From Klebsormidium nitens (lineage: Eukaryota > Plantae > Klebsormidiophyceae), in contig DF237345.1 in NCBI GenBank assembly GCA_000708835.1, positions 1 to 64,000 on the forward strand: a DNA stretch of 64,000 nucleotides, in the 5' to 3' direction. The position numbers were made by a program, and so were the translations under genes. This document shows positions 23,312 to 36,500 of the stretch, piece by piece. The stretch's first letter is position 1. Each line of letters begins with the position of its first letter. The notes under the pieces were generated by a model. It saw only the letters and a program-made list of their open reading frames with translations, did not search any database and was not told where the DNA came from.

Positions 23312-26300
23312 TCACCCTAGCATTACTTCTAGCGCAGCCTCTTCGTCATCCTCGCCCGCAGACTCATAGTCGCTACCATCCTCCTCCTCCTCATCTAGCG
23401 TTCCCTCTCCCTCTGCTTTCCCATCATGAACTAACGCCTCGGGCGCTCCCTCTGCGCCAGTATCCCCACCCTCCTCTAGTTCGTCGCTTGACTGCCACTC
23501 GAAATATTTAAGCGGCTGCTGGGGCCACTCGAGGAAGAAGTTGTTGTTCACCATGAAGCGGAAGCTCTGGAGGAGGTGGCTCTTGTCCTTCCGAATCTGG
23601 GCTCACAAAAAGGACGTGTGTCAAACGACTGCTTAGACCTCCTGCTCTTGGTTCAAGCGCAGTTTGCGGAGGGATTGATCACATATAAATATCTCGTTCT
23701 AATGGCAAGCAGAAACCTGGCCCCAATTCACCTCTTACATGTTGTGCCATGAAGATGCTTCTGGATTGTTTCCAACTCAACAACTGCGTGATCTGACTAA
23801 ATGGGATTTGGTGCATCAACGGGGCGGACAGTCGCTCCGCAGACAAATCTGTCCTTGCTCAAGCGCATTGGTATTCTGATTTTATGGGCCGAGCGCTGTG
23901 CAAGTGACAAATGCTCTGCAAATATGATGATGTGAAAGACTTTTCGAACTAGGGTACGAAACTTCGTGCCGACTGAGAGGGTTAAAGTATCAACGAGAAA
24001 AGCAGCAAAGAAAAAAGGAAGGAGATACGTCTTGAATGCTTGACTCACCTCCGGCGCCAAGAGTTTCTCGAGCAGAGTCGGTGCTCGTTTTGCCACTTGA
24101 TTCTGTCGTCGCCGGTCGTTTCCGGGTCCTCCGGGTCCCTGTCAAAAGCGGATCGGATTAGGACAGGGCGGAAAGTACTGCACAACAGAGTCAAGCTGCA
24201 GCCAGCGGGGCCCAAAACCATGAGTAGCCGCGTTTGTTGGATATTCAGACTGGCCTACGAAAGGAAAAGTCGCTGCATCGATTGAGGGTTGACGGGAGAT
24301 GAAGACATAATTGCTGAGCAGTTTACCGCCAAAACTCCGCTTCCGATCATTCATAAACGTATCATAAACCCGGCATGATAGAAGAGACGTCAACAAAGAC
24401 GTCCAGAATAACGTCCGAACCGCAGCTCGACACTGCCGATAATACATCCGGATTAAGCAAAGGAAGACTGGGCAAACCCTTCACGTCCGACGCGCAGCTC
24501 TGCACCCCATCCTCATCTGACCAGAAGTCTGAACCCAGCCATACTCTTCTCATCCAAAGGGCCAATCACCAACAATTCATCGCTCAACTCACCCGCTCTC
24601 CCCGGGGCGTCCTCTGATGCAAAAACTGGCACCGCCGCCCCTTCCTACAGTGCCCCTTCAGGAAAAAGAAGCACACCCCGCGCTCGGGGCGCCCCCCCGG
24701 GCCCTCCACCGCCTGCCGCTTCCCCCCGTCGAGCATCGCCGCGGCCTCGGTTTCCGACCCCTCCCCCCGGGGCGTTTCCGGGGGGCCGAATCGCGCAGCA
24801 TGTGCGGGGGGATCTCCGCGACCACGACCCCCAGAGCGCGCTGCTGTTGGAGGATCTCGCGCAGCCGCGCGCGCCGCGCGGCGCCGTCTAGGTCCTCCAG
24901 CTCGCCGCGGGCGCGCCGGGCCGCCGCCTCCTCTGCCTAGACAAAGGGGTTGAAGTTTAAGGGACTTGGCATATGGAGATTCAAGGATTTTTAGTGTAGG
25001 GTGTAGGACTTCCTAGTGGTGTCTCTGAGTGTGGCGAATTGCTACCAGTCAAAAGGTTCGAGAATCGAGACATGTTTCAGTGAGAATGGAACAAGCCCCG
25101 GGCAGCCGTTTGCTCTGCCTAGACAAAGGGTTTGACGTTTCACAAACTCTTGGAGAATAAAGATTTGAGTAGCTTTCAGCATAGTGTCAGGACCTTTTAC
25201 TGGTGTCTTCAAGGTGTGGCGAGTTGCCACCAGACGGAAATGAGTGATTTCACCATAGTGTCAGGACCTTTACTGCTGTCTTCACATGTGACGAATGGCC
25301 GCCAGACAAAAGATTCCGCTTGACACATGCTTCGGTGGCTCTAGGCCGGGGAGATACGGAACGAGTCTCCAGGCAAGGTGGGCCGCTGCTGCTCCTGAGC
25401 TGACAACGGTCCGAGAGTCGAGAAGTGCTCCACAGCACAAGCGTCAGGCTTTTAGACCTAAACAACACATCACGTTGCAGTACCAGTAGGTAATCTATTC
25501 AGCAACCTCAGAAGGAGACCCAATCTGCACTCGCTGGGGCACGGATAACCTTGTATTTGCATAAACTTCAAGCTGCCCTGTTCTCCACTCTCTTTTGGGA
25601 AATTGGAGGACTGACAAAGACAAACAAACACTGGTCAGCGTGCGCAAAGCCCCACCTTTTTCTGGACGTTGCCCTCCGTCGGGTAGTGCTTCCGTCGCTC
25701 CTCGCGCCACTTCCTAACGTCCTCCTCGGTCTCGTTGGCGTTTGCGGTGGCCGCGGCGCGCGCGCGCCCCAGCTTGTTGCCGGCCTGGTGCGCGCTCAGC
25801 TTGTGCTCTTTCAGGACCTTCCCTGGCGGGAAAAGAATAAGAAAGTCAGCCATTGCCGATCAGAAATTCCTAGTCTGTCTTAAGGGGAGGAACAAGGACG
25901 AATTGTTGCCTCTTTCTTGGTGGACGTATGGGCGATTAGCTTGTGCTTTTTCAAGACTTTTCCTGGCAAGCCACCAAAACACAAAGTCTCAGCCACTGTT
26001 GCACAGTCGAAGACCCCAAGTTTCTGCGGATTGTAGGACTTGAAAACTTTCAGTTGTAGGAATCAAGTTGTAGGGAAACGAGGAGTACGGCTTCACTGCG
26101 ATTGGACAGCTTGAGCTTTTCCACGACCCTTCTCGGCAAGAAGCTAAAATACAAAGGCTCTGCAATTGTCGAACAGTGGAAGCTTTCAACTTTCTGTCGA
26201 ATCATGGAAATGGAAAAAAACCTTGCGTCTCCTGTTAGTAGACTGGCAGCCGCTCAGCATTTGCCTCTTGGGATCATGCCTCATACTGCAAATTGCTGTT

Positions 26301-29300
26301 GAACAAATATTTTTCTGCTTTAGATTTTAAAATGCGCTTTTGGAAACCTTTGCCGGTGTTGACGATCCTCTGATCACATCAGTAGCCGACCTCAAACGGC
26401 CCCAGACACAGTTAACCACTTGCTGAAAATACAAATCAAGATAGGAACGCTTCGTTCAGACTTTCGAACACTGAGTACACTACTCGAAAAGCCCATTGAT
26501 CCTCGCACAGTTGCCGCATCATCGCATAATCATATAGCACCGCCCTCAGTGAAGAGCTACGCAACTTAACATGCCTTTGCAAACAGTCCAGTGTTTACTT
26601 CTTGGGCGGATCGAACGCTCACAAGTTTGCGAGCCAGTCACCAAATAAGGCAGGCACTACCCAACTCACCAGACGCTTCAAACCCGCATCCCGGTTCGGA
26701 GCACTTCTCGTGCGCCACCATGTGCGCGTTGTACCCGTCCTGCCCCGAAAACTCCTTCTCGCACGGGTCGCACCGCAGTGTCGGGCCCTTCCCCGGCCCG
26801 CCGTCTTGAACTAGGGGCCTCTTCACCCCCTGCTGGGGGGGTCGGCCCTGGGCCTGGAAAGCCCCCCGGGGCGTTGGGCCCTGGCCCCGCGGCTGGCCCC
26901 CGGGGATCATCCCCGGGCGGCCGCTTAACCCGGGCGGGTTAACTAAACCCGCCCGAGGGGCCATCCCAAAACCTCCGCCAGTCGGCATCCTGGGCCTGAT
27001 CCCAACACCGCCGCTAGCTTGGCTGCTGTGAAGGTTTACTTGGGTTGGGGGTTGGTTAGGAAAGCTGGCTCCTGCGTGGCCCTGCATAACCCCCTGGTTG
27101 GGGCCGGCTTGCTGACCCATAACCTGCCCCGGTTGCACTTGGGGCGTTCCACCAAGTTGAGGCTGGAAGCCCGGCCGCGCCTGCTGCACAAAGAATGGCG
27201 CCTGTCCGCCCATCTGCGCCTGTCCAAAACTCTGACCCTGTCCAAAACCCTGGTTTTGGATTTGCCCCTGTCCGAAACCCTGACCTTGTGTGAAACCCTG
27301 GCCTTGACCCTGCCCTTGCCCGAACGCTTGCCCTTGTCCAAACCCGGATGCTTGCGCCAAACCCTGGCCCGGAATGCCAGCTTGCCCCTGCCCATTTGTC
27401 CCCCCCTGACCGAAGGCCTGATTCTCTCCGAAAACTTGGCCCTGTCCGAAACTTTGGACTGGTCCAAAACCCTGCCCACCGCTCGTTTGCTGCTGCGCAC
27501 CCGACTTGCCAGGGATCCCTCCCTGAAACTGTTGACCCACCAGCCCGGTAACCCCAACCTGCCCCGGAGCGTTTTGACCCAATGCCAGCTGGCGGGTCCC
27601 CATTGGCTGGCCCCCGAAAGCCTGCTGCGTCTGCGCCGGAAAAGGCTGCATTTGCGGCGGAAGGTTTGGAGCGGGGGAGGCGATGAGAGGCTGCGGCTGT
27701 CCTTGGGGGGGGCGTGCGGCAGGGCTTGGCAGCTGGGCCGGCTGACCCCCCTGTTGGGAGCGTCTCTGCTTATCCTCCTCCAGTTTCCTGAGGGCGGCCA
27801 ACTGTTGGAGTGGGGTAAGGGAGGTGTTCTGCAGGAAAATCGAAGCAGATTAGTCACTGCCGGCCGGCCCGGCTTCGTTCGACTTCTGAACTCAAGCGGT
27901 GCCAACACTCCGCAAATTAGTGATCGTCAACAACACAAAAACGTAGAACCCTTTCCATGCTGCAAAAATTTTCCTAAGTCCCACCACGATCGCTCCAAAA
28001 CCTGGAGAAAGCACAAGGTAGCACCTAGAAAGAGCAGCTTACCCAAAACTGCTATTTCTTTGAAAGAGTTCTTCAAGAGCACAATCTAGGCCACTGAATC
28101 GAACCTATGTTTCTTCATTACAGCACTTGGCAAAGTGAAGCCATCAGCGCAAGAACTCGAACTTGACTGTAAAAGGACCAAAGCAGGAAAGAAACAAAGG
28201 AAGAAAGCCTGTAAGAAGACACATGGCATAGTTCCACCACAGCGCAACAATCGCCAAGCACCACATACCTGCTTCGTGGGGCTTTGCAGCATGGTTGGCT
28301 GCGCCTTTTGCCGCCCCTGCTGGCTCCTCTTCTCCTGGAGCTCTTTCTCCTGCTGCGCCAAGATCGCCATTGCCTGCTGCCGCCTCCTCTCCGCGTCACT
28401 CTGCGCCGGCGGGACCCCAAAGCCCCCACTCCCAAACTGCTGCTGCCCTGACCCCGAATTTTGAGGCGTCATCTGCGGCTGGCTCCCAAAAGCCGGGACG
28501 CCAAACTGCTGCTGCCCGGACCCCTGGTTTTGAAGCCCCTGGGGCGCCGCTTGTGCCTGGCTCACAAAGCTTGGGGCTGCAAACTGTCGCTGGCCCGCCG
28601 CTTGGTTTTGGAACCCCTGCGCGCCTTGCTGCTGGAAGGCGGTTGGCAGGGCGGAGAACTGCTGTTGGAAGGGGCTCTGATTCGCCTGCTGCTGTTGGAG
28701 AAGCTGGTTGAACTGGGCGCCAGGTTGGGGACTGGGTTGCTGGAAACCAGGATTGATTATCTGGGCGCCCAGTTGCATCTGGGGCTGGTGCAGCTGTCCC
28801 GAGGGCAGAGCCTGCGGTTGGTTCATCTGGCCCGCCAACAGCTGTTGCTGGAACTGCGCATGGGGGTTTGGACTGGGCTGCGTGAATTGGGCCTGGGAAT
28901 TTGGACTGGGTTGTCGGAATTGAGGTTGGTTAGTGCTCCCTTGTTGCAGCTGACCCGATTGGACACCGAATTGCTGCTGAGCCTGCCCCTGCTGCATGAA
29001 CTGACCTTGGTTGGCTTGGGCAGGAAAGTTTGGCTGCTGATTCTGACCCCTCTGCATGGCCTGCTGACCGCGTCCAGACGCTTGCTGGGGGTTTACAGCT
29101 GTCGCCAAACCCTGCTGCGGGTTTGGTTGACCCTGACCACTTTGCTGAACACCGAACGCTTTCTGACCCTCATGCGTGCCCGTTTTCTCCGTTGCTTTGA
29201 GCACGTTCGCGCCTATTGTTCCAGGCTGTTGCGGCGACACGTGGGGCAGGTCTGCGCTAACCGCAGGACCCGACTTCCGCTCAAACATGGCATACGGGTT

Positions 29301-32300
29301 CGGGAATGCCGCTTGTGCCTGCGCCGTCAATTGCTGAACCTGCGCCCCCGGTTGTTGCCCAGGCCCTGTCTGCGTTTCTCCCTCGCGTGCGGGGGTCTCT
29401 CCGGCTGGGACATTTCCCCCAAATGACGGTTGAATTTCCGGCTTATCTTCAGCCTTCACAGCCATTGACCGAGGGGCCTGCATCCCAAATGCCCACCTTG
29501 ATGCCTCAGGCATGTTTCTAACAATGGCCTCGCCCCCCTGATGTGCGCTCTCGGCCTGCAGGGGTTGATTGACAGCTGCCGGCTGCCCACTAACAGCTGG
29601 CGACGGTCTGCTAACAGCTGGCGACTGCCGACTGACAACTGGCGGAGCACTCCCTACCTGCTGTAGCACCTTCTCCCCAAACTCCACAAACTTGTGCAGG
29701 CCTTCGAGCTCCGACGCACTTAGCAAAGGTATCTTGGGAGACGCATCCGCTCTCGAAAACTTGGGTTTCTTTGGCTGCGCTTGAGCACTCTCTGACTGCC
29801 CATAAGTGTTTCCTGGCCGCCCGTAAGTGCTCCCCTGCTGTCCCTGAGCGCCCCCTGCCCCCGATGGCCCATAAGTGCTCCCCTGCGGCCCCTGAGTGCC
29901 CCCCGGCTGCCCATAAGTGCTCCCCTGCTCACCAGAAGCGGCCCCCGGCTGCCCATGTGTTGCTCCCGCCTGCCCATAAGCAGTCGCTGGGTGCCCATAC
30001 GCCCCCCCGGGCTGCTCCCGAGCAACCTCCAACTGCTGATGAGTCGGCTTCCCCCCAGAGGGCCCTGCAGATGACCCACCACCAAACTGCTGAGCCTGCG
30101 GTCCTGCGTAACCCCCCTGGAACCGTGCCTGTCCCCCGTTTCCCCCCGAGCTCAAACCTCCTTGCGGCACGCGAGGAGAGTACCCCGGAGGATGTGCAGG
30201 CGAAAGCGGCGACTCGGGTTGTACGAACTTCCCGCCTCTTTGCTCTCGCTGGCCAGACGGAGGATTGGATTGCTGCCAGGACTGCACCCCACTTTGCTGA
30301 GCGGACCCCTGCCCATAACTCTGCACAGGTATTGACTGCTGGGGATTGGAGGCACCATAAGACTGACTGGTCATCTGTCCAGTTGGTTGAGGACCAAGCG
30401 CTCTGCTCGACTGCGCCCCTGCGTGCGCTACAGACTGCCCACCAAACTGCCCGCCAGGCTGGCCCCCCCTCTGCGGCAAACTTTGCCCCCCACCTTGAAA
30501 AGTCTGGGCTCCAGTCTGCTCGTTGTACTGCGCTTCTCTTCCCCCAGCTTGCCCCACAGCTTGTCCCGCCCCTTGCCCCCCCAGCTGCTCGGTGGTTGGA
30601 CCACCCAAACGTCCACTACCGGTCGACTGCCCGCTGGACTGCTGCCCAAATGCTCCTCCTTGAGCTTGACTTGGCTGTCCCGCTGATTGGCCACCCAAGC
30701 CCGACAGCCACGCAAACTGCCCACTGGACTGTCCTGCCGCCTGCCCACTCGACTGCCCGCCATATCGCCCACCAAACTGCGCACCAGACTGGCCCCCAGA
30801 CTGGCCCCCTTGTTGCCCGCTCCTTTGCATCCCAGGCTGCGCCCCCGCTTGGGCGCCCCCACTACTTTGTGTTTGCCCCCCGAAGTGGCCGTAATGGCCA
30901 GCCGTCGGCCCACCAGACTGCCCAACTGAAGCCCCGCCGCTCTGTGAGCCCAGCTGCGCCCCCACAGAGGACTGAGTCGCACTCTGCAGGTTCTGCTGAC
31001 CCCCCGCTTGCCCCTTCAATTGCGACCCGCCAAAAGGCACTCCTTGTTGCCGCCGTTCAGTCCCAAATGACTGGTCCCCAGTTCTCACTTGCCGACCCGA
31101 GTTGTCACTAGCTTGGCCAACTCCTTGGCCCCAGGCTTGCCCCCCCCACTGCCCGTTGGATTGCGCCCCTGACTGCCCAACAACCTGCCCACCTCTGCTC
31201 CCCATCTGAGGAAATTGGCCAGTCGACTGGTTGGTGCTCTGTCCCACTGCCCCAACGCCCGCCTGCCCGCCAGACTGTCCTCCCATTCCGCCAGCTGGCT
31301 GCACAAAAATCTGTCCAGCGTTGGACTGCCCTCCAAACTGACCCCCAGTCTGCCCACGGGCCTGCCCTCCAAACTGCGCACCGATCTGGCCCCCAAACTG
31401 GCCACTAGCCTGGCCCTCGAACAGGCCGCCGGATTGGCCCGCCAGCTGTCCCCCAGTGTGCGCAGTGGGCTGCGCTCCTGAGGGCTCGGTCGGCTTGCTT
31501 GACGCCTGCGGCGGGCTCCAATCAGGAGTCCACGGGGGGAGGTCATTCTGCGCCGCAGCTGCATTCCCCTGCCCTTTGGCTGGTTGCGACTGAGGGTTCG
31601 GCACGGCGTTAGACGGTTGGCCTGACTGCGGGTTGTAAAGTTCGTACACAGACTGCCCACTTGGCCGGTTCACAGGGACGGGAGCGCTCTGACTTTGCTG
31701 ACGGGCCTGAGGATTCTGGAAAGTGGTGGGGTTCTGAAAGCTTTGGGGAGTTTGAAAGCTTTGAGGATTTTGAGAAGTCCGAGGGTTCTGAACAGTGCCG
31801 AAGCCGGGAGCTTGCTGAGTTGGGCCCGGTTGCTGCCCTTGTTGACCAGACTGGGATTGTGTCGCATAGGGAGGGGCGAACACTGCCTGTTTGGAGGCGT
31901 CTTGAGAGGAAGGAGCGACTGAGCCTCCGTAGCCCGGGAAGCTTTTGTAGACGGGCTGGGCAGCCCCTTGCTGGCTCTGGTTTTGCATTGTCGAGCTTGG
32001 CTGGGTGCCTGCAATGTAGCGAAATCCCACTTCGGAAAATGTACTCAAAGAAGCGGGGAATGATGGTAGTGCAGGGAGAGTGCTAGAATCATAGACACAC
32101 GTTTGTGCGTGCTTAGGAGTTGCTTGAACATAGGTAGATGATACACCAACGGGCAAGCGCGAGAGCGGCTAGGATCAGAAGGTGATGCGCCGGATCTGGA
32201 AGCAAAAACAGAGTGCACGCAGTAACAAGTTCGCACGAGAGTTCCTCCAAGAATTCAACCGCAGTTCAGCAACATCTAGCACTGGAACGCCAACAAGGAA

Positions 32301-32357
32301 CGTACCTTGATATGGTTGATTCCATTGCTGCTGCGGAAACCCAGCGGAATTGTACAT
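23312..32357 (-). CDS. NUFIP1: NUFIP1/Rsa1-like box C/D snoRNP assembly factor with a very long Q/G/S-rich N-terminus, C2H2 finger, NUFIP1 domain and CCCH finger; start codon tentative
   Basis: CDPCEKEFSGQDGYNAHMVAHEKCSEPGCGFEASG|KVLKEHKLSAH; EEDVRKWREERRKHYPT; LREILQQQRALGVVVAEIPPH; TLLEKLLAPE|IRKDKSHLLQSFRFMVNNNFF. Exons include 32008-28269 and 27828-26670. There is an apparent 1-nt frameshift before the CCCH finger. Confidence 0.85.
24910..25300 (-). repeat. About 2.5 tandem units (~180 bp) duplicating a NUFIP1 acceptor and adjacent intron
   Basis: ctctgcctagacaaaggg at ~24931 and ~25113; gtgtggcga(a/g)ttgc(t/c)acc in both units; atagtgtcaggacctt(t)tactg at ~25181 and ~25255. Confidence 0.75.
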
Positions 32358-33536
32358 CTGGCCGTAAGCAGCACTCTGCTGCCCCTGCGACACGGAAGAA
32401 GGATACTCTTCCACAACAGGATCTCAGACAATCAATGGAAGTATGGACGTCTCAACTGCAAGGCCCTCATCAGGAGGAATGGAAATGCAACCTGAAGAAA
32501 TTGCAAAAACCGAAAGTGGACATCAAGAAACAACCACCAAATGCAGCAGAATTCATCTCTCTACTACTCAAACTGTTCAGCTTATTGTTAAGTAGCACCA
32601 CCAGTTCAGAAAGGACTCTCTTGTTGGTTGCGGATTCATAGCAGGCGCTCTGATTGTTATCTGACATCCCAACCATTGACAAATCTATTCCAACCCGTTT
32701 TAAGGAAAGCCCTATTCAACACTTCTGCCCATCTTAACTACTCGCAGGGCCCTTCGGACAAACAACATGCAGCTCACAGGAGCACCGACTTCTGCAGAAG
32801 CATCGAAAGAAAGATTGCACAACAACCATTACCAAAATTTGAAGAAACTACATGCACCCACGCAACTTGAGAAACTCACCGCCGGATTGTTGAACGGCTG
32901 CATTGTTGACGAGTTTCAAAGCCTCATTACACCCCACAACTGAAACAACCAAAACCTTAGTAGGCTCTCAGAACAGCCTTTGGCCCTCCTACTGAGCTCT
33001 CTCTACCAGTGCAAATTCGCTCCCATACGCCTCTCGCAACTTATGCAAAAAGGAACGTTTGTTGCTGCACAATGTTCAAAGCGCTTTCAAGGAATGCCAC
33101 CACCTCAATCCAGGACTCCACAATTTTGCAGGCGGTGAGGCCGAGGCCTCATGTACACAGCACGCAGCCACATCCCTCCGATGTGCGCGCCGGCCAGCAT
33201 GCGCAGAATACTCAAGACCTGCGATATGCACGGCCAATCTTTCTGCGCGGGGCATTCTCGTGCTCGCGCGGGCGCTTGTCATTGTGCCCTGGAGGCTGGA
33301 CCTCATGGAAGGTGAGCGGTGCAGATTAGGGTTCCACCTTCCAACACAAATTGGAAGTAAATAGTAGCTGGCGCATGCTGCCCCAGACCAAGGATACCCT
33401 CAACTTCAAGTTTCAATGGCTGCTCAGCGAAGGCGCCATTTAGGAACACCCCTGATGGTTCGCTAACAGGGCCTCACGAGGACCCCTTGTTGGCCTCCTC
33501 GCAGCCCCCCTGGCGTGCACCCCCTCGCTCCTCAAA

Positions 33537-36500
33537 ATGGAGCCCAAGAGCGTCATCGACGGGCTGGGGGAAGAGATCACTGCGATCGTGACACCTGTCT
33601 CCATCTGCATGCTGGTGGTGGTCTGTCTGGTGCACGGGCTGACCCCCCACGGGTCAGACAGTGGTGTGTCCCCTTTCATCGCCACCTCATTCTACCACGA
33701 AAAGAGCACCGACTCGGCAGAGACAAAGCTGGGGGGGGCGCTCCTGAACGCGCTCATTTTCATCGTGGCGGTGGCAGCAATCACGTTCGTGCTCGTGGCG
33801 CTGTTCTACTTCCGGTGCACTAAGGTGGGCGCCTGAATTTGAAGGTTTTTAATGCCCGTGGCTAACATGCCGACTTCCTAAACCTTGAACATAGTTCAAT
33901 ATCATCTATGGCATCAAAAAGTCCTGCGTCTTGCAGCTGATCAGGTGGCCTCTGCGGACTGGCATGAAATCTAGCAAGATGGTGGAAAGTAAAGGAGCTG
34001 GAGCTGCTCTTCTTTCGATGTGGTGGCTACTGGCTCTTACAACTTTCAAGATTGGACAATGGACAATGCAGTCTTCTGTTGTTCTTCCGAGCCTGCGGCA
34101 CTACTGCCTGACCCTGTCAACATTGGCATTTTTGAAGTCGTTGAGATTGTCAGAAATTGTGTACCAATTCTGGCACACACATTGCTCATTGAATGCAATC
34201 GACATCGGACGGCGTCCTCTTTCTCCATAGTGGGCGAATGGAGAGGAAGACGGTTCGTTTCAGGTTATGAACTTGCCAGATACAAAACATCCTGGGCTTT
34301 GAGGCACTCGCCACAGCCCCATTCCGTATCTGCCTTCTGTGAACCCTCTTTGCACCGATCGCATTGCCACCCTCACAGAAGCTCAATCATAACTCACTTG
34401 TCCACAGGTCATCTGGGGCTACATGGGCTTCTCCGGCTTCACGATCCTGGCCCTCCTCGGCGGCATCCTCGGGATCCAGATCATCCAGGCCGCGAGCATC
34501 CCTCTCGACATCATCACCTTCTCAATCGTCCTCTGGAACTTCTCAGTTGTGGGCGTTCTGGCCGTCTTCTTCTGGAAGATGCCCATCTTCCTGAAACAGG
34601 GTTACCTCGTGTTTATCGGCGCCGTGGTTGCGTTCTGGTTTACGAAGCTCCCGGAATGGACCACCTGGACTGTACTAGCTGCGATGGCGCTCTACGACCT
34701 GGCCGCGGTGCTGGCGCCCGGGGGCCCACTCAAGGTAAGGGGTTAAGAAAGTTCACTTGGTGAAATGGGGCTTGGAGTGTCGAACTTCTGGTTTTGAACT
34801 AAAGAGTTGAACCTCAGCTTTCCAGGAGCTTCTGGTTTTGAACCAAAGAGTTTAAGCTCAGCTTTCGCGGGGTTTGCTTTGATGAAGATCAGAAAGTCAG
34901 CTTTTAGTGACTATGACTTACAATCTGCGCATTGTGCGCGGCTTTCAAGTGGAGCATTGTTGTGAATACAGTCTCTGGGTCTGTGGGGTTCCATCCGAAA
35001 GTTGATGTTTGGGCTTCTCAGATTCCAGCTTGAGGCCAGTTAGAATGCAGAGTAATCATGGCGCCTGAAACGTGCTTTCGAAAATCTTTTCTTTGAGATG
35101 CCAGTGGTCTGTGGGTTGACGCAGTTATTGGTGGAGATGTCCATCGAGAGGGATGAGGACATCCCCGCATTGATCTACGAGGCGCGGCCCACGTCGCTCT
35201 CCCGGGGGGAGGCCATGACGGGCCGAGGCCGGCAGAACGAGTCAGTAAGTCTCGTCTTGCTGGGCTTTGGTATTCACTTTGTTTGGAGTAAAGAAAGATT
35301 GGAATAGTGGAGACGCGAAGAGTAAGTGGAAACCAGTGTGAAACGAAAGACGAGACATGTTGTTTGGAAGAGTATATTCGAGGGAAGGGATTGTGAGCCA
35401 AGTCTACAAGCTTTGATGTTCTTGTGCAAACAGTTCTAATCACAGATTGTGGAATCACCCCAAGCCTTCCTGAATGTAGGTGGTTTATTCTCTTGCTTTG
35501 TATTGCTTTCAATAGATCAACGCCACATTGCGCATGATCCTTAATCTAGGTTTCTACCTAGCTTGCGTACACAGGGGATTGATTTGGAAGCAACACGGGG
35601 GCACTTGATACTGATTCGTGATAGATGACTAACACCGAACGATCTGCCTGCAGGAAGCCGCGCCTGGCAGGCGACGGCGGCAACAACGCTCTGGAGGTGC
35701 GGACGATGGCATAGAGGTGAGCACTTTCTTAACCACGTACGAGGAGGCTCTTTCCAGCAAGTTTTCTAAAAGTAGCTTGGCATCTGGTTTGGTTTGCTGA
35801 ACTAGGGAGATTGCCTTTTGGAGATAGGTTACAGTCTCAGTTCCAGGGAGTATGAGCGGATTAATGGTGCTTTATGTTGGGAGATCGAGTTGCCGTTGCA
35901 TCGAAAAGAGACCTCAAAGGAAGGTAGCCATGCATGGCCGAGCTTGGATCGAGCTGTCACAGGTCCCGTTCATTGCCCCGTTCAGAAGATTATGACGCGT
36001 CCCTTGTCTGCAAGCATTGGATGTTCTACCTATTACAAGAGAGTCACTTTTTCATCCCTTCTTGCTGGCCTGGCGATGTGTCCGTCTCTGACTGCCGCTC
36101 TTTGACCTGCGAGTTGTTTGCGTGGACATAAAGAGTGCGGCATAAGCCCGCTTTCAATGCGAAACAAGCACCACCCATGTGCCACCCTCTTCCCTCCGTT
36201 GCTAACAGAGTCTTGCTTTCTCGACGTTGAATAGAGGCTTGGCTGTTAGGCAGCCGTCTGACGTCCCTTTCTGTTTCTTCAGCAGCTAGCTGTTGCCACG
36301 CGAGACTCTGGAGCGAGCGACCCTAGACCTAGCTCGTCTTCAGCGAATGGCGCGCAATTGTCAAGCACATCAAACAACAACAGGGCAGCAGGCTCTGGAA
36401 GTCAAGGCTTGTTAGCGGAGACGAACGCCCCAGAGAGCCAGGAACTAACACGGTTAGGGGCAGGTACGTCGTCAAGTCGCGGGCAGGTTAGGGCAGAACA

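Noticed and set aside
27019-31111. Long plus-strand ORFs (27019-28089, 28461-29426, 29771-31111)
   Set aside because: Antisense shadows of the low-complexity GC-rich NUFIP1 exons; no domain features or splice logic of their own.
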